Below, piece after piece: positions 1-8,312 of a stretch of DNA of 30,246 nucleotides. The stretch is from NCBI GenBank assembly GCA_043812655.1, contig JBDRLW010000027.1, forward strand, positions 1 through 30,246. The letters are read 5' to 3'. Made by a program: the position numbers and the translations under genes. The stretch's first letter is position 1; each line of letters starts with the position of its first letter. Origin of the DNA: a bacterium (lineage in GTDB: Bacteria > Margulisbacteria > WOR-1 > O2-12-FULL-45-9 > XYB2-FULL-48-7). Below the pieces are notes generated by a model. The model was not told the origin of the DNA. It did no database searches and saw only the letters and a list, made by a program, of their open reading frames with translations.

Positions 1-666
1 TTTGGGGCGATCCTGGCCGGCTTGGTCGGCTCATATGAGCTGATCTTCGCGCTAAGCGCGTTCATGGTCCTGATCTCATTTTTTACTGCCGGATCATTGC
101 CGGATATTCGCTCTGGCCAGCCGGGGAAACTTTTTCCGATCAGTTTAATTAAAAAAAATCTGCGGGTTTATGTCCCTTATTTCCTCCGGGCGATCGGCGC
201 CCAGGCCAGCTGGTCGATCTTTCCGCTTTTTTTGATCTTTGCCGGCGCCGATAAATTTTTAGTTGGTATAACTTATTTTATTAATTTGGGGACGCAATTT
301 TTTCTAATGCAGCATGTTGAGCGGTTTAAGAACCTCTACCTGATCAATTATGGGTTGCTGGGCTCGGTCTTGACTTTTATCCTTTACGCTCTTTTTCCCA
401 ATATTTGGATAATTATGCCGGTCCAGCTTCTTTTAGCCGCGTCATTTTCCACTTTGCAAGTTGGCTCTCAACAAGAGCTTCTTTCGCGTAACCAAGAAAA
501 AGCCAGCTCGATCGGCCTGCTTAATTCGATCGCTAATATAACCGCGGTGGCTGGCCCTTTTATTGCCGGTGCGGTCGCCCAAGTCTTTGGTTATGTTGGG
601 GTGATGTGGCTGTCAGCGATCGTCTCTTTTCTTGGTTTAGTTACTTTTACGACAGTTTTGGAATGA
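1..666 (+). CDS. MFS transporter, C-terminal part (5'-truncated by window edge)
   Basis: Frame is open from base 1. It has many hydrophobic helices and an MFS-like C-terminal repeat (KASSIGLLNSIANITAVAGPFIAGAVAQVFGY). Confidence 0.85.
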   Translation, partial: FGAILAGLVGSYELIFALSAFMVLISFFTAGSLPDIRSGQPGKLFPISLIKKNLRVYVPYFLRAIGAQASWSIFPLFLIFAGADKFLVGITYFINLGTQFFLMQHVERFKNLYLINYGLLGSVLTFILYALFPNIWIIMPVQLLLAASFSTLQVGSQQELLSRNQEKASSIGLLNSIANITAVAGPFIAGAVAQVFGYVGVMWLSAIVSFLGLVTFTTVLE

Positions 667-667
667 T

Positions 668-761
668 AAAAAGGAACCTGCGAATAAAATTCGCGGTTCC
701 TTTTTTCTTATAATCATGTTTATTTTGGAAACCGAGAATTTTATTCTCAGGTTTCCAAAAT
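668..761. repeat. REPIN-like hairpin doublet, copy A (may also terminate MFS transcription)
   Basis: 668-705 AAAAAGGAACC-T-GCGAAT-aaa-ATTCGC-GGTTCCTTTTT; 722-761 ATTTTGGAAACC-GAGAAT-ttt-ATTCTC-A-GGTTTCCAAAAT. Homologous to 2350-2445 and 7298-7386. Confidence 0.9.
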
Positions 762-792
762 TGTTGGTTTAATGATTGACCACTGATTTTCA

Positions 793-821
793 TTGTTTTT
801 TGGGGGATATATTTGTATACT
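793..821 (+). promoter_or_regulatory. sigma70-like promoter for serS (likely leaderless transcript)
   Basis: TTGTTT(793-798)-N17-TATACT(816-821); ATG 6 nt downstream, no SD. Confidence 0.55.
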
Positions 822-827
822 ATTTAT

Positions 828-2099
828 ATGCTTGATCCAAAATTTGTTCGTAATAATCCTGATATTGCCAAAGATAGCCTTGTTAAGCGTGGGGCGGATG
901 TTTCATTGATCGACCAATTCATCAAGATCGATGAGGAATGGCGCAAATATACTGTCCAGATCGAAGAGTTAAAGGCGAAGCGGAATGCTGATTCAAATAA
1001 GATTGCGGTTTTAAAAAAAGAAAAAGCCGATGCTTCGGATCTTCTGGCCAAAATGAAAAAACTTTCAGACAAGATCAAGGGCCTGGAAGAAGAGCAGAAG
1101 GCGATCGAGTTTAAATTGGCCGAGATCGTATTAACGATGCCTAATGTTCCGCATCAATCTGTTCCGGTCGGAAAAAACAGCCAAGCTAATCCAGTTATCC
1201 GCTCATGGGGCGAGAAGAAGACTTTTGATTTTAAGCCACTAGCCCACGATGAATTAGGTAAAAAACTGGGGATTCTTGATTTTGACCGGGCGGCCAAGAT
1301 CTCCGGTTCCCGGTTCGTGGTCTATAAGGGACTGGGCGCGGCGCTGGAGCGGGCACTGATCAATTTCATGCTTGATGTCCAGACCAAAGAGAATGGCTAT
1401 ACCGAAGTTATGACCCCGGTTTTGGTTAAACCAGAGAGCATGAAGGGGACAGGCCAACTGCCTAAGTTCGAAGAAGAGCTTTTTCGCCTGCGGGATGACG
1501 AACTATATTTGATCCCAACAGCGGAAGTATCGGTGACCAACCTCCATCGTGATGAGATCCTGACAGCGGAACAATTGCCGATCAAATATTGCGCCTGGAC
1601 CCCGTGTTTCCGCCGGGAAGCCGGCTCTTACGGCAAAGATGTTAAAGGGATCATCCGCCAGCACCAATTCAATAAAGTTGAGCTGGTTAAGTTTTCACTC
1701 CCTGAAAATTCTTATGAAGAATTAGAAGGTTTAACGCTTGACGCCGAGAAAATATTACAAAAGCTGAAGCTCCCATGCCGGGTGGTTGAGTTGTGTACTG
1801 GTGATCTAGGATTTTCGGCGGCAAAAACTTACGACCTGGAAGTCTGGTTCCCCAGTGAAAATGCTTACCGGGAAATTTCTTCTTGTTCCAATTTTGAATC
1901 TTTCCAGGCGCGCCGGGCTGGGATCAAATATCGTCCAACTAAGGAATCAAAACCAGAGTTTGTTCATACTTTAAATGGTTCTGGTTTAGCTGTTGGCCGC
2001 TGTTTGGCCGCGTTACTTGAGAATTATCAGAATAAAGAAGGTCAAATTGAGGTGCCCGAAGCTCTCCGCCCTTATCTTGACACAAGTTTTATCCGCTAA
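828..2099 (+). CDS. serS: Serine--tRNA ligase
   Basis: MLDPKFVR start, N-terminal coiled coil, LIPTAEV, FRREAG, RQHQFNKVE, EISSCSN and HTLNGSGLAVGR motifs. Start placed at ATG 828 rather than TTG 813. Confidence 0.98.
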   Translation: MLDPKFVRNNPDIAKDSLVKRGADVSLIDQFIKIDEEWRKYTVQIEELKAKRNADSNKIAVLKKEKADASDLLAKMKKLSDKIKGLEEEQKAIEFKLAEIVLTMPNVPHQSVPVGKNSQANPVIRSWGEKKTFDFKPLAHDELGKKLGILDFDRAAKISGSRFVVYKGLGAALERALINFMLDVQTKENGYTEVMTPVLVKPESMKGTGQLPKFEEELFRLRDDELYLIPTAEVSVTNLHRDEILTAEQLPIKYCAWTPCFRREAGSYGKDVKGIIRQHQFNKVELVKFSLPENSYEELEGLTLDAEKILQKLKLPCRVVELCTGDLGFSAAKTYDLEVWFPSENAYREISSCSNFESFQARRAGIKYRPTKESKPEFVHTLNGSGLAVGRCLAALLENYQNKEGQIEVPEALRPYLDTSFIR

Positions 2100-2109
2100 G
2101 ACCCGATAA
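2083..2109 (+). promoter_or_regulatory. putative sigma28 (FliA/SigD-type) promoter
   Basis: CAAGTTTT-N11-CCCGATAA versus consensus TAAAGTTT-N11-GCCGATAA; lies just before ORF 2115. Confidence 0.45.
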
Positions 2110-2114
2110 ATATT

Positions 2115-2342
2115 ATGATGGATCTAAGCAAGATATTAAATTATACAGATATTTCTTTATCAAAGACTAAGCTCCCTGCTTCCGCTCCAAGCGAGGTTAT
2201 TGAGCCACTGAAAATAATGTTTGAGAAAGCAACTTCCAAGCTTAAGGAAAGACCTGAAATTATGCCCGGAGTATTTTCTTTGCCAAACATTAGTTCATTG
2301 GATGAGTTTACTATGTTTTTTCCAGGCTCCAATATTAAATAG
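2115..2342 (+). CDS. Hypothetical protein (75 aa, AT-rich orphan)
   Basis: Fills the gap between serS and repeat copy B, preceded by a sigma28-like motif; no recognisable domain. Confidence 0.55.
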   Translation: MMDLSKILNYTDISLSKTKLPASAPSEVIEPLKIMFEKATSKLKERPEIMPGVFSLPNISSLDEFTMFFPGSNIK

Positions 2343-2349
2343 GTTTGTC

Positions 2350-2445
2350 AACCTGCGAATGAATTCGCGGTTATGTTGGTGAAAAAACAGCAAAATTAAT
2401 TTTGCTGTTTTTATATTATAACCGAGAATTTATTCTCAGGTTATA
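2350..2445. repeat. REPIN-like hairpin doublet, copy B, with internal perfect 30-bp palindrome
   Basis: 2350-2372 AACC-T-GCGAAT-ga-ATTCGC-GGTT; 2383-2412 AAAAACAGCAAAATT|AATTTTGCTGTTTTT; 2417-2445 TATAACC-GAGAAT-tt-ATTCTC-A-GGTTATA. Confidence 0.9.
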
Positions 2446-2458
2446 GTATAATAAAATT

Positions 2459-2770
2459 ATGCCACTTTACGACTACAAATGCGCTAAATGCGGCCATATC
2501 TTTGAGGTCATGCAGAAGATCTCGGAAGATCCGCTTAAATTCTGCCCGGAATGCAAAGGGGAAATAAAACGCCTGATCTCGGCTGCCGGCATTATTTTTA
2601 AAGGTTCGGGGTTTCATGTGACTGATTACAAGAAAAGTTCAAAACCGGAGACGACAGGGAATAAATCGACTAAGACGGAAAGCAAAACGACTGAAACGAA
2701 AACGACGGAAGCAAAAACAGAAAAAAAGGACGACCCGCCTGTTAAAACGACAGATCCTCCCGCGAAGTAA
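2459..2770 (+). CDS. FmdB-family zinc-ribbon protein with low-complexity K/T/E tail
   Basis: MPLYDYKCxxC...CPEC...FKGSGFHVTDY signature; TATAAT (2447-2452) 6 nt before ATG. Confidence 0.93.
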   Translation: MPLYDYKCAKCGHIFEVMQKISEDPLKFCPECKGEIKRLISAAGIIFKGSGFHVTDYKKSSKPETTGNKSTKTESKTTETKTTEAKTEKKDDPPVKTTDPPAK

Positions 2771-2787
2771 ACGACTGCAAATTGGCT

Positions 2788-2814
2788 GAAATTTTCTCCT
2801 AACTGGGCTGATAA
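2788..2814 (+). promoter_or_regulatory. putative sigma28-type promoter
   Basis: GAAATTTT(2788-2795)-N11-GCTGATAA(2807-2814); SD-like GAGGTG at 2844-2849. Confidence 0.45.
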
Positions 2815-2851
2815 TATTCTAACCGTTTCAGGTTTGTTTTAATGAGGTGTT

Positions 2852-4285
2852 ATGTCAAAAATATTATTAGATCGTTCTTACAGATTGGGTGACAATAGAA
2901 GAGGTTCTGGCATAGGGGTTTCTTTCCCCAGAGCAGGTAATATGTCGCAAAGTGGGCGCTTGGCTGATCTTCATCTTTTTGGCCAGTTGGGCATAAAACT
3001 TGGCAGCGATTTTTATGAATCATATCTGAAAGACATTGCTGCAGCCCGAACAGGAGACGAAGCCGCGGGCTTAAGACTGCAATATTTTGAAAAAGTATTT
3101 GAAAGTGAACTTGTTTTTGGCTTTAAACAAAGAAGAGCTTTTGAAGCTGAAGAAAAAGCCTCTCTTTCGCCCTTAGGTTCGAGAAGTATCGGCGCGGGGA
3201 ATAGGATAAAAGTAGAAGAACCCGAAGAATATCGAACCCCATATATTAGAGATCTAGGCCGGATCCTCCATTCCGACAAAATATGTTTATTGAGCGGCAA
3301 GACGCAAGTCTGGCCTTTTCCTGAATATAATCCCCTAGTTCATAACCGTTTATATCATGTTTTAAAAGTAGCGCAACTTGGCGAAAGCATCGGCCGAGCG
3401 CTTGGCTTGAATGTGGACCTGATCTGGGCGATTGGTTTAGCCCATGATGTTGGGCATACCCCGTTTGGCCATACCGGAGAAGCAGCCCTAAACGAAATAT
3501 CCATGAGAGTATTAGGAAAAGAATTTAAACATAATAGGAATGGATTAAGGGTTATGATGGAATTAGCTAAGAATGGCCAAGGTTTGAATCTTACGCTGGA
3601 AGTCCTTGATGGCATCTTACATCATTGGGGGGAAAGCGATGAATACCAGCTCAAACCAAGGCAAGATGAAAGATATGATCGCTATTTGAGAGCCTTAAGA
3701 TCAAACGGTGCGACAGCATCTTTAAGTGCCGAAGAGATAATCGGACTTCTTGATCCGAGCATTGATATGGAGCAACCCTTAACATACGAAGGGTGTGTTG
3801 TCCGATTGGTCGATAAAATTGCTTATGCACCAGATGACCTAAGAGATGCCGAAAAAACAGGCCTTTTTACTGAAAGTGGACTATCGGAAGCAGAAAAAAA
3901 TACTTTAAAGAATATCAAAGCGGTATTAGGGGAAACAAAAGGCGATATGTTTGAAACTATGCTCAAAGATGTCATTCGGACTAGCCACGAGAGAGGCGAT
4001 GTGATCGCGATGAGTGACGAAGTGGGAAGGGCAATGATCGAGCTTAAGCGCTTTATTTATCGGAATATTTGCAAGTCTGACCCAAGAGCTGAAGCAGATA
4101 GACGGATCCCTCTAATATTTCAGATCGTTTATGATCATTTAAACCAAGAGGCAAAATTAGGCCCGCAGGAAGCGATTGATAAAATTGCGGCCATGACCGA
4201 CAGTGAAGTTGAAAATTATTTTAAAGATATAACTTCTGTTAGGCGAGCGATGCAGAAGGGATTTAGCTCTTTTTTTGTAAGATAA
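2852..4285 (+). CDS. Divergent dGTP triphosphohydrolase (Dgt)-like HD protein with ~90-aa N-terminal extension
   Basis: [58 protein letters not shown] and IAAMTD match dGTPase motifs, with several substitutions. Confidence 0.88.
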   Translation: MSKILLDRSYRLGDNRRGSGIGVSFPRAGNMSQSGRLADLHLFGQLGIKLGSDFYESYLKDIAAARTGDEAAGLRLQYFEKVFESELVFGFKQRRAFEAEEKASLSPLGSRSIGAGNRIKVEEPEEYRTPYIRDLGRILHSDKICLLSGKTQVWPFPEYNPLVHNRLYHVLKVAQLGESIGRALGLNVDLIWAIGLAHDVGHTPFGHTGEAALNEISMRVLGKEFKHNRNGLRVMMELAKNGQGLNLTLEVLDGILHHWGESDEYQLKPRQDERYDRYLRALRSNGATASLSAEEIIGLLDPSIDMEQPLTYEGCVVRLVDKIAYAPDDLRDAEKTGLFTESGLSEAEKNTLKNIKAVLGETKGDMFETMLKDVIRTSHERGDVIAMSDEVGRAMIELKRFIYRNICKSDPRAEADRRIPLIFQIVYDHLNQEAKLGPQEAIDKIAAMTDSEVENYFKDITSVRRAMQKGFSSFFVR

Positions 4286-4835
4286 AATTAGCCAGTAGTT
4301 TTTTTCCGTCTTTGGTCAAGATCGATTCCGGATGAAATTGGACCCCTTCGACTTTCATCTTCTTATGCCGCAAGCCCATGATCTCGCCAGCTTTTGTCCA
4401 AGCTGAAATCTCGAGTTCCTTAGGCAGACTTTTCTTTTCAACAATAAGAGAATGATACCGAGTGGCGGTAAAGGGTTTTGGTAATCCTTTGAAAATAGTT
4501 TTGCCATCATGATAAATTTCCGAGGTCTTGCCATGCATGATCTTTTTAGCCCGGACGATCTTGCCGCCAAAGACTTCGCCGATGGCTTGTTGCCCCAGGC
4601 AAACGCCTAAGATCGGGATATCACCGGCAAAAGACATAATGACCTGTTCTGAAATGCCGGCATCTTTTGGTTGGCCGGGACCGGGAGAGATCAAAATATG
4701 GTCCGGTTTTAATTTCTTGATCTCGGGGATAGTGATCTCATCGTTGCGGAAAACCTTCACTTTTTCCCCTAATTCGCCCAAATATTGGACGAGATTATAG
4801 GTAAATGAGTCGTAGTTATCGATCACAAGAATCAT
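4263..4835 (-). CDS. trpG: Anthranilate/aminodeoxychorismate synthase component II (glutamine amidotransferase)
   Basis: [30 protein letters not shown] and QFHPES motifs. True start is ATG at 4835. trpG versus pabA cannot be resolved. Confidence 0.93.
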   Translation of the reverse strand: MILVIDNYDSFTYNLVQYLGELGEKVKVFRNDEITIPEIKKLKPDHILISPGPGQPKDAGISEQVIMSFAGDIPILGVCLGQQAIGEVFGGKIVRAKKIMHGKTSEIYHDGKTIFKGLPKPFTATRYHSLIVEKKSLPKELEISAWTKAGEIMGLRHKKMKVEGVQFHPESILTKDGKKLLANFILQKKS

Positions 4836-4850
4836 GTTATAATTATAACA
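4835..4850. promoter_or_regulatory. Bidirectional -10 palindrome between divergent trpG and femABX
   Basis: TGTTATAATTATAACA carries TATAAT on + (4838-4843) and on - (4842-4847); the start codons are only 18 bp apart. Confidence 0.65.
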
Positions 4851-4853
4851 CAG

Positions 4854-5924
4854 ATGAATTCGAAAATTATTACGTACGTTGATAAAGAACGCTGGAATGG
4901 ATTTGTCGCCGCGGCGCCCAATGCTTCGATCCTCCAATCTTACGAGTGGGGGGAGTTGAAATCGCTTTTTGGCTGGCGGCCGGTCAGGATCGTCTTGGAA
5001 GAGGCGGGAAAAATAGTGGCCGGGATCTCGATCTTAAAACGGGAGGTCCCTTTTATCCGCCATTCGCTCTTATACGCGCCAAGAGGGCCGATCATTGATT
5101 TTACCAATAAAGACCTGTTGCACGATCTCCTCAATGCGGTAGAAAAAGAAGCCGATCGGAGCCACGCGATATCGCTTAAGATCGATCCGGAAGTGGTCGA
5201 TGAAAACATGGAAGCCAAAAACAATTTACTGTCGCTTGGGTTTGATAAGGCCCATAAGCAGATCCAGCCGCGAGCAACGTTCATTTTAGACCTTAAGCCG
5301 GAACTTAAAGAGTTGCTGCAAAGTTTTGAAGAGAAGACCCGCTACAACATCCGCTTAGCGGCTAAAAAAGGGGTTATCGTTAAAGAAGATAATAGTGAAA
5401 AAGCGGTCAGGGCATTTTTTGATCTTTACCTTGAAACTTCAAAACGTGATAAATTCATGGTCCATCCGCTTAATTATTATCTTAAGATCAGGGAAATAAT
5501 GTTCGCGGCTAATTTGGGGACGACTTTTATCGCTTATTTTAAAAATAAGCCGGTGGCCGCCGTGATAATTTTTTGTTTTGGCCGGAAGATCTGGTACATG
5601 TATGGGGCGTCGTCGTCTTCGTCAGCGAGAAATGTCATGCCTAACCATCTGCTCCATTATGAGATAATAAAATGGGCGAAGGAGAAAGGCTTTACCGAGT
5701 ATGACCTCTGGGGCATACCGGCTAATCCGCACGAAGGCCACCCGCTTTATGGCGTTTATCGCTTTAAAAAAGGTTTTAAAGGCGAACTAAAGAGATATAT
5801 CGGCGTCTATAATTTCCCCTACAGCCCGCTCTTTTATTACGCCCTGGAGCATGGCGTGGCCGGGTGGCAAAGCCTGCGGAGCCTTATCAATAAGGGTAAG
5901 ATCGAGGACTCTCTTAGCGAATGA
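4854..5924 (+). CDS. FemAB/FemX-family aminoacyl-tRNA:lipid II peptidyl transferase
   Basis: [51 protein letters not shown] and GVYRFKKGF motifs. Confidence 0.93.
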   Translation: MNSKIITYVDKERWNGFVAAAPNASILQSYEWGELKSLFGWRPVRIVLEEAGKIVAGISILKREVPFIRHSLLYAPRGPIIDFTNKDLLHDLLNAVEKEADRSHAISLKIDPEVVDENMEAKNNLLSLGFDKAHKQIQPRATFILDLKPELKELLQSFEEKTRYNIRLAAKKGVIVKEDNSEKAVRAFFDLYLETSKRDKFMVHPLNYYLKIREIMFAANLGTTFIAYFKNKPVAAVIIFCFGRKIWYMYGASSSSSARNVMPNHLLHYEIIKWAKEKGFTEYDLWGIPANPHEGHPLYGVYRFKKGFKGELKRYIGVYNFPYSPLFYYALEHGVAGWQSLRSLINKGKIEDSLSE

Positions 5925-7312
5925 TACAGTACGACTCGAGGAAAGTTAAACCGGGGGATACTTTTGTCGCGATTCCAGGTTTGAAATATGATGGCCATGA
6001 TTTTATCCCGCAGGCGATCGAAAATGGGGCGACGACCATTGTCGCCGAGAGAGAAGTTTCAGTTCCCGCCGGGATAAAGTTTGAGTTAGTGCCGTCAGCG
6101 CGCCAAGCTCTCGCTTTTTTGTCGGATAAATATTATGATCACCCTTCGCGCAAATTAAAACTTGTTGGTATTACCGGTACGAAAGGGAAGACGACGACCG
6201 CATTTTTGATCCAAGCGATCTTAAACAAAGCTGGCCATAAAGCTGGTTTAATTGGGACGATCACTTCCGGCATGACAACGCCGGAATCATCCGACCTCCA
6301 AGCGGAACTAGCCGCGATGGTAGAAAAAGGTTTTACCCATTGCGTGCTGGAAGTTTCTTCCCATGCTCTGGCTCAAGATCGGGTTTTTGGCTGTCGGTTC
6401 GCGGTGGCGATCTTTACCAATCTTTCCCACGACCACCTTGACTATCACAAGACGATGGAAGAGTATTTGGCGACCAAAAAGAAATTGTTTGAACAGCTTG
6501 ATGAAAACAGCACGGCGATCGTGAACGTTGATGATCCGGCGAGTACGGCCATAATCGGCGCAGTGAAAAGCGAAGTGATCACTTATGGGATCGATCAAGC
6601 TAAACATGAATTGCGGAGCACCAAACATAATGAATATGATTCAACGCTATCTAATCTAACGATCAAAGAGCGCGAGATGGCCTTGAAAATAAATCAGGTT
6701 GAGATCAGGACCCCACTCATCGGCATTCATAACGCTTATAATATTTTGGCTGCTTTTCAGGCGGCATTAACGCTAGGGATCCGCCCGTCAGCCATAAAAG
6801 CGGGGATCGAAGGGGTTAAAATCGTTCCTGGACGGCAAGAAGAGATCGAAGCTGGCCAGCCATTTCGGGTGATCGTTGATTTTGCCCATAGTCCCGATAG
6901 TTTGCAAAAGTTGCTCGAAGCCTACCGGCCATTTACTAAAGGGAAATTAATTCTAGTTTTTGGTTGTCCTGGTGATCGTGATCGTGAAAAAAGACCGATC
7001 ATGGGCGAGATCGCCGCCAAATTAGCCGATCAGGTAATCATCACTACCGATGATCCGCATAGTGAAAAGCCAGAAGATATTATCAAAGAAATATTAAAAG
7101 GGATTACGCGTTACGCATTACGCGTTACGCATTACATAGCGAGAAAGGAAGCGATCGAGCAGGCGCTAACACTAGCTAAACCTGGCGACATTGTTTTAAT
7201 CGCCGGACGGGGGCATGAGACGCACCAGGATTTTAATGGCAAAAAAGTTGCGATCGATGATCGGGAAGTGGTGAGAAGGATAATTAAAGAAGTAACGATT
7301 TTGGAAACCTGA
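5921..7312 (+). CDS. murE: UDP-MurNAc-dipeptide--third amino acid ligase (non-canonical specificity motif)
   Basis: DSRKVKPGDTF, GITGTKGKTT, TTPES, EVSSH, FTNLSHDHLDYH, VDFAHSPD, GDRD and AGRGHE motifs; DDPH in place of DNPR; ATGA overlap with the fem gene. Confidence 0.95.
   Translation: MIQYDSRKVKPGDTFVAIPGLKYDGHDFIPQAIENGATTIVAEREVSVPAGIKFELVPSARQALAFLSDKYYDHPSRKLKLVGITGTKGKTTTAFLIQAILNKAGHKAGLIGTITSGMTTPESSDLQAELAAMVEKGFTHCVLEVSSHALAQDRVFGCRFAVAIFTNLSHDHLDYHKTMEEYLATKKKLFEQLDENSTAIVNVDDPASTAIIGAVKSEVITYGIDQAKHELRSTKHNEYDSTLSNLTIKEREMALKINQVEIRTPLIGIHNAYNILAAFQAALTLGIRPSAIKAGIEGVKIVPGRQEEIEAGQPFRVIVDFAHSPDSLQKLLEAYRPFTKGKLILVFGCPGDRDREKRPIMGEIAAKLADQVIITTDDPHSEKPEDIIKEILKGITRYALRVTHYIARKEAIEQALTLAKPGDIVLIAGRGHETHQDFNGKKVAIDDREVVRRIIKEVTILET
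7104..7138 (+). repeat. Heptamer tandem repeat inside murE
   Basis: TTACGCG TTACGCA TTACGCG TTACGCA TTACATA, encoding (I)TRYALRVTHYI. Confidence 0.85.
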
Positions 7313-7386
7313 GAATAAACTTCTCGGTTTCCAAAATAAGCGAGCTCATTAGATAAAAGGAAACCGCGACGTTCAGTCGCAGGTTT
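7298..7386. repeat. REPIN-like hairpin doublet, copy C (inverted relative to A and B; supplies the murE stop codon)
   Basis: 7298-7337 ATTTTGGAAACC-T-GAGAA-taaac-TTCTC-GGTTTCCAAAAT; 7361-7386 AAACC-GCGAC-gttca-GTCGC-A-GGTTT. Confidence 0.9.
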
Positions 7387-7394
7387 AATAAATA

Positions 7395-8024
7395 CTAATT
7401 ATAATCAAGCGGCAGGTTCAACTTCTTTTTTAAATTAATATTATATTCATCGATCTTCTGCTGGGCGTAATCCGGTTCAACATAATGCCTAGGCGGAGAA
7501 TTGAAGGCGGAGATAAAGAAGCCGACTGTCGTGGTTAACGCTCCACCGATGATAACTGGCTGGCCAGCGGAAAAAGCCGCGCCTCCGATCATGGCGGCGA
7601 TACCTAGTCCGATCGAATAGGTCCCGATCGAACTCAAATTTGACCGATTAGCTTCGAGCCCGGCGATCCTGGCTGATTCGGCCTGGTCCCCAACCAGGTT
7701 TAAGAATTCAAGGTCGGAGAGCCGCTTGATCTGCCCCTTAAAAACAGCCCATTCGGTCCTTTCTTTGACTTCGGATTTTTGCAGGGCGGAAGTGGAGACA
7801 TTGCCGTAGGTTTGGGAGTAAGCTTCGAAAGAATAAGTTTGGGTATTAATGTCGGTTGATGAATAACTCCGGTTTTCATTAACGATCCGGGTCCTTGACC
7901 TGATCTCTAATTTGTTGCGTTGATAATCGAGCTTATTGATATAATCTTGGTCTTCTGGGGTGATGGCAAAGGTGAAGCTTGAACCGAGCAGTAAAAGAGA
8001 TAACGAAAAAATCATCTTTTTCAT
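7395..8024 (-). CDS. Hypothetical exported/membrane protein
   Basis: Likely start MKKMIFSLSLLLLGSSFTFA (signal peptide) and two Gly-rich hydrophobic helices near the C-terminus. Confidence 0.8.
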   Translation of the reverse strand: MKKMIFSLSLLLLGSSFTFAITPEDQDYINKLDYQRNKLEIRSRTRIVNENRSYSSTDINTQTYSFEAYSQTYGNVSTSALQKSEVKERTEWAVFKGQIKRLSDLEFLNLVGDQAESARIAGLEANRSNLSSIGTYSIGLGIAAMIGGAAFSAGQPVIIGGALTTTVGFFISAFNSPPRHYVEPDYAQQKIDEYNINLKKKLNLPLDYN

Positions 8025-8039
8025 ATATAATATTATAAC
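8025..8039. promoter_or_regulatory. Bidirectional -10 region in a 15-bp divergent gap
   Basis: ATATAATATTATAAC: TATAAT on + at 8026-8031 and on - at 8032-8037, 8 and 7 nt from the respective ATGs. Confidence 0.6.
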
Positions 8040-8312
8040 ATGAGAAAACGAGTGGAAGTCAATTATATTGGCAGGGTCCATGGGGTGGGGTTTCGCTTTA
8101 CTGCCGAGCGGGCGGCGATAAAATTTAAGGTTTTTGGCTACGTAAAAAACGTACCAAATGGCAAGGTTAAGATGGTGGCAGAGGGAGAGGAAGAAGTGTT
8201 AAAACCGTTTTTAGACGCGATCTATCTAGATATGGGTCACTATGTTGAGAAATTTAATATCCATTGGTTCCCGGCGACTAACGAATTTAAGCGGTTCGAG
8301 ATCAGGTATTAA
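8040..8312 (+). CDS. acyP: Acylphosphatase
   Basis: GRVHGVGFR (variant of GRVQGVGFR), GYVKN..NG.V and C-terminal F..FEIRY; 90 aa. Confidence 0.93.
   Translation: MRKRVEVNYIGRVHGVGFRFTAERAAIKFKVFGYVKNVPNGKVKMVAEGEEEVLKPFLDAIYLDMGHYVEKFNIHWFPATNEFKRFEIRY

Noticed and set aside
2077..2082. Perfect TTGACA at the end of serS
   Set aside because: No -10 hexamer 16-18 bp downstream.
2650..2760. 15-bp periodic repeats (KTTE/KTES) in the FmdB tail
   Set aside because: Ordinary in-frame low-complexity tail common in this family.
2821..2834. AACC-G-ttt-C-A-GGTT, a possible collapsed copy of the bulged hairpin
   Set aside because: Only 14 bp with a 1-bp inner stem; could be chance.
4836..4937. N-terminal extensions in the ORF track (trpG 4937, 8081, 16044, 16001, 28281, 813)
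   Set aside because: They overlap divergent genes; family-typical starts and -10 boxes lie downstream.
5609..5623. Poly-Ser (TCG)n run in the FemABX gene
   Set aside because: Short, impure and in frame; at most a one-codon slippage.
668..7386. Hairpin repeats as a CRISPR array or integron attC sites
   Set aside because: They are not regularly interspaced direct repeats. There is no cas or integrase gene and no RYYYAAC/GTTRRRY cassette arrangement, and the flanks are core genes.
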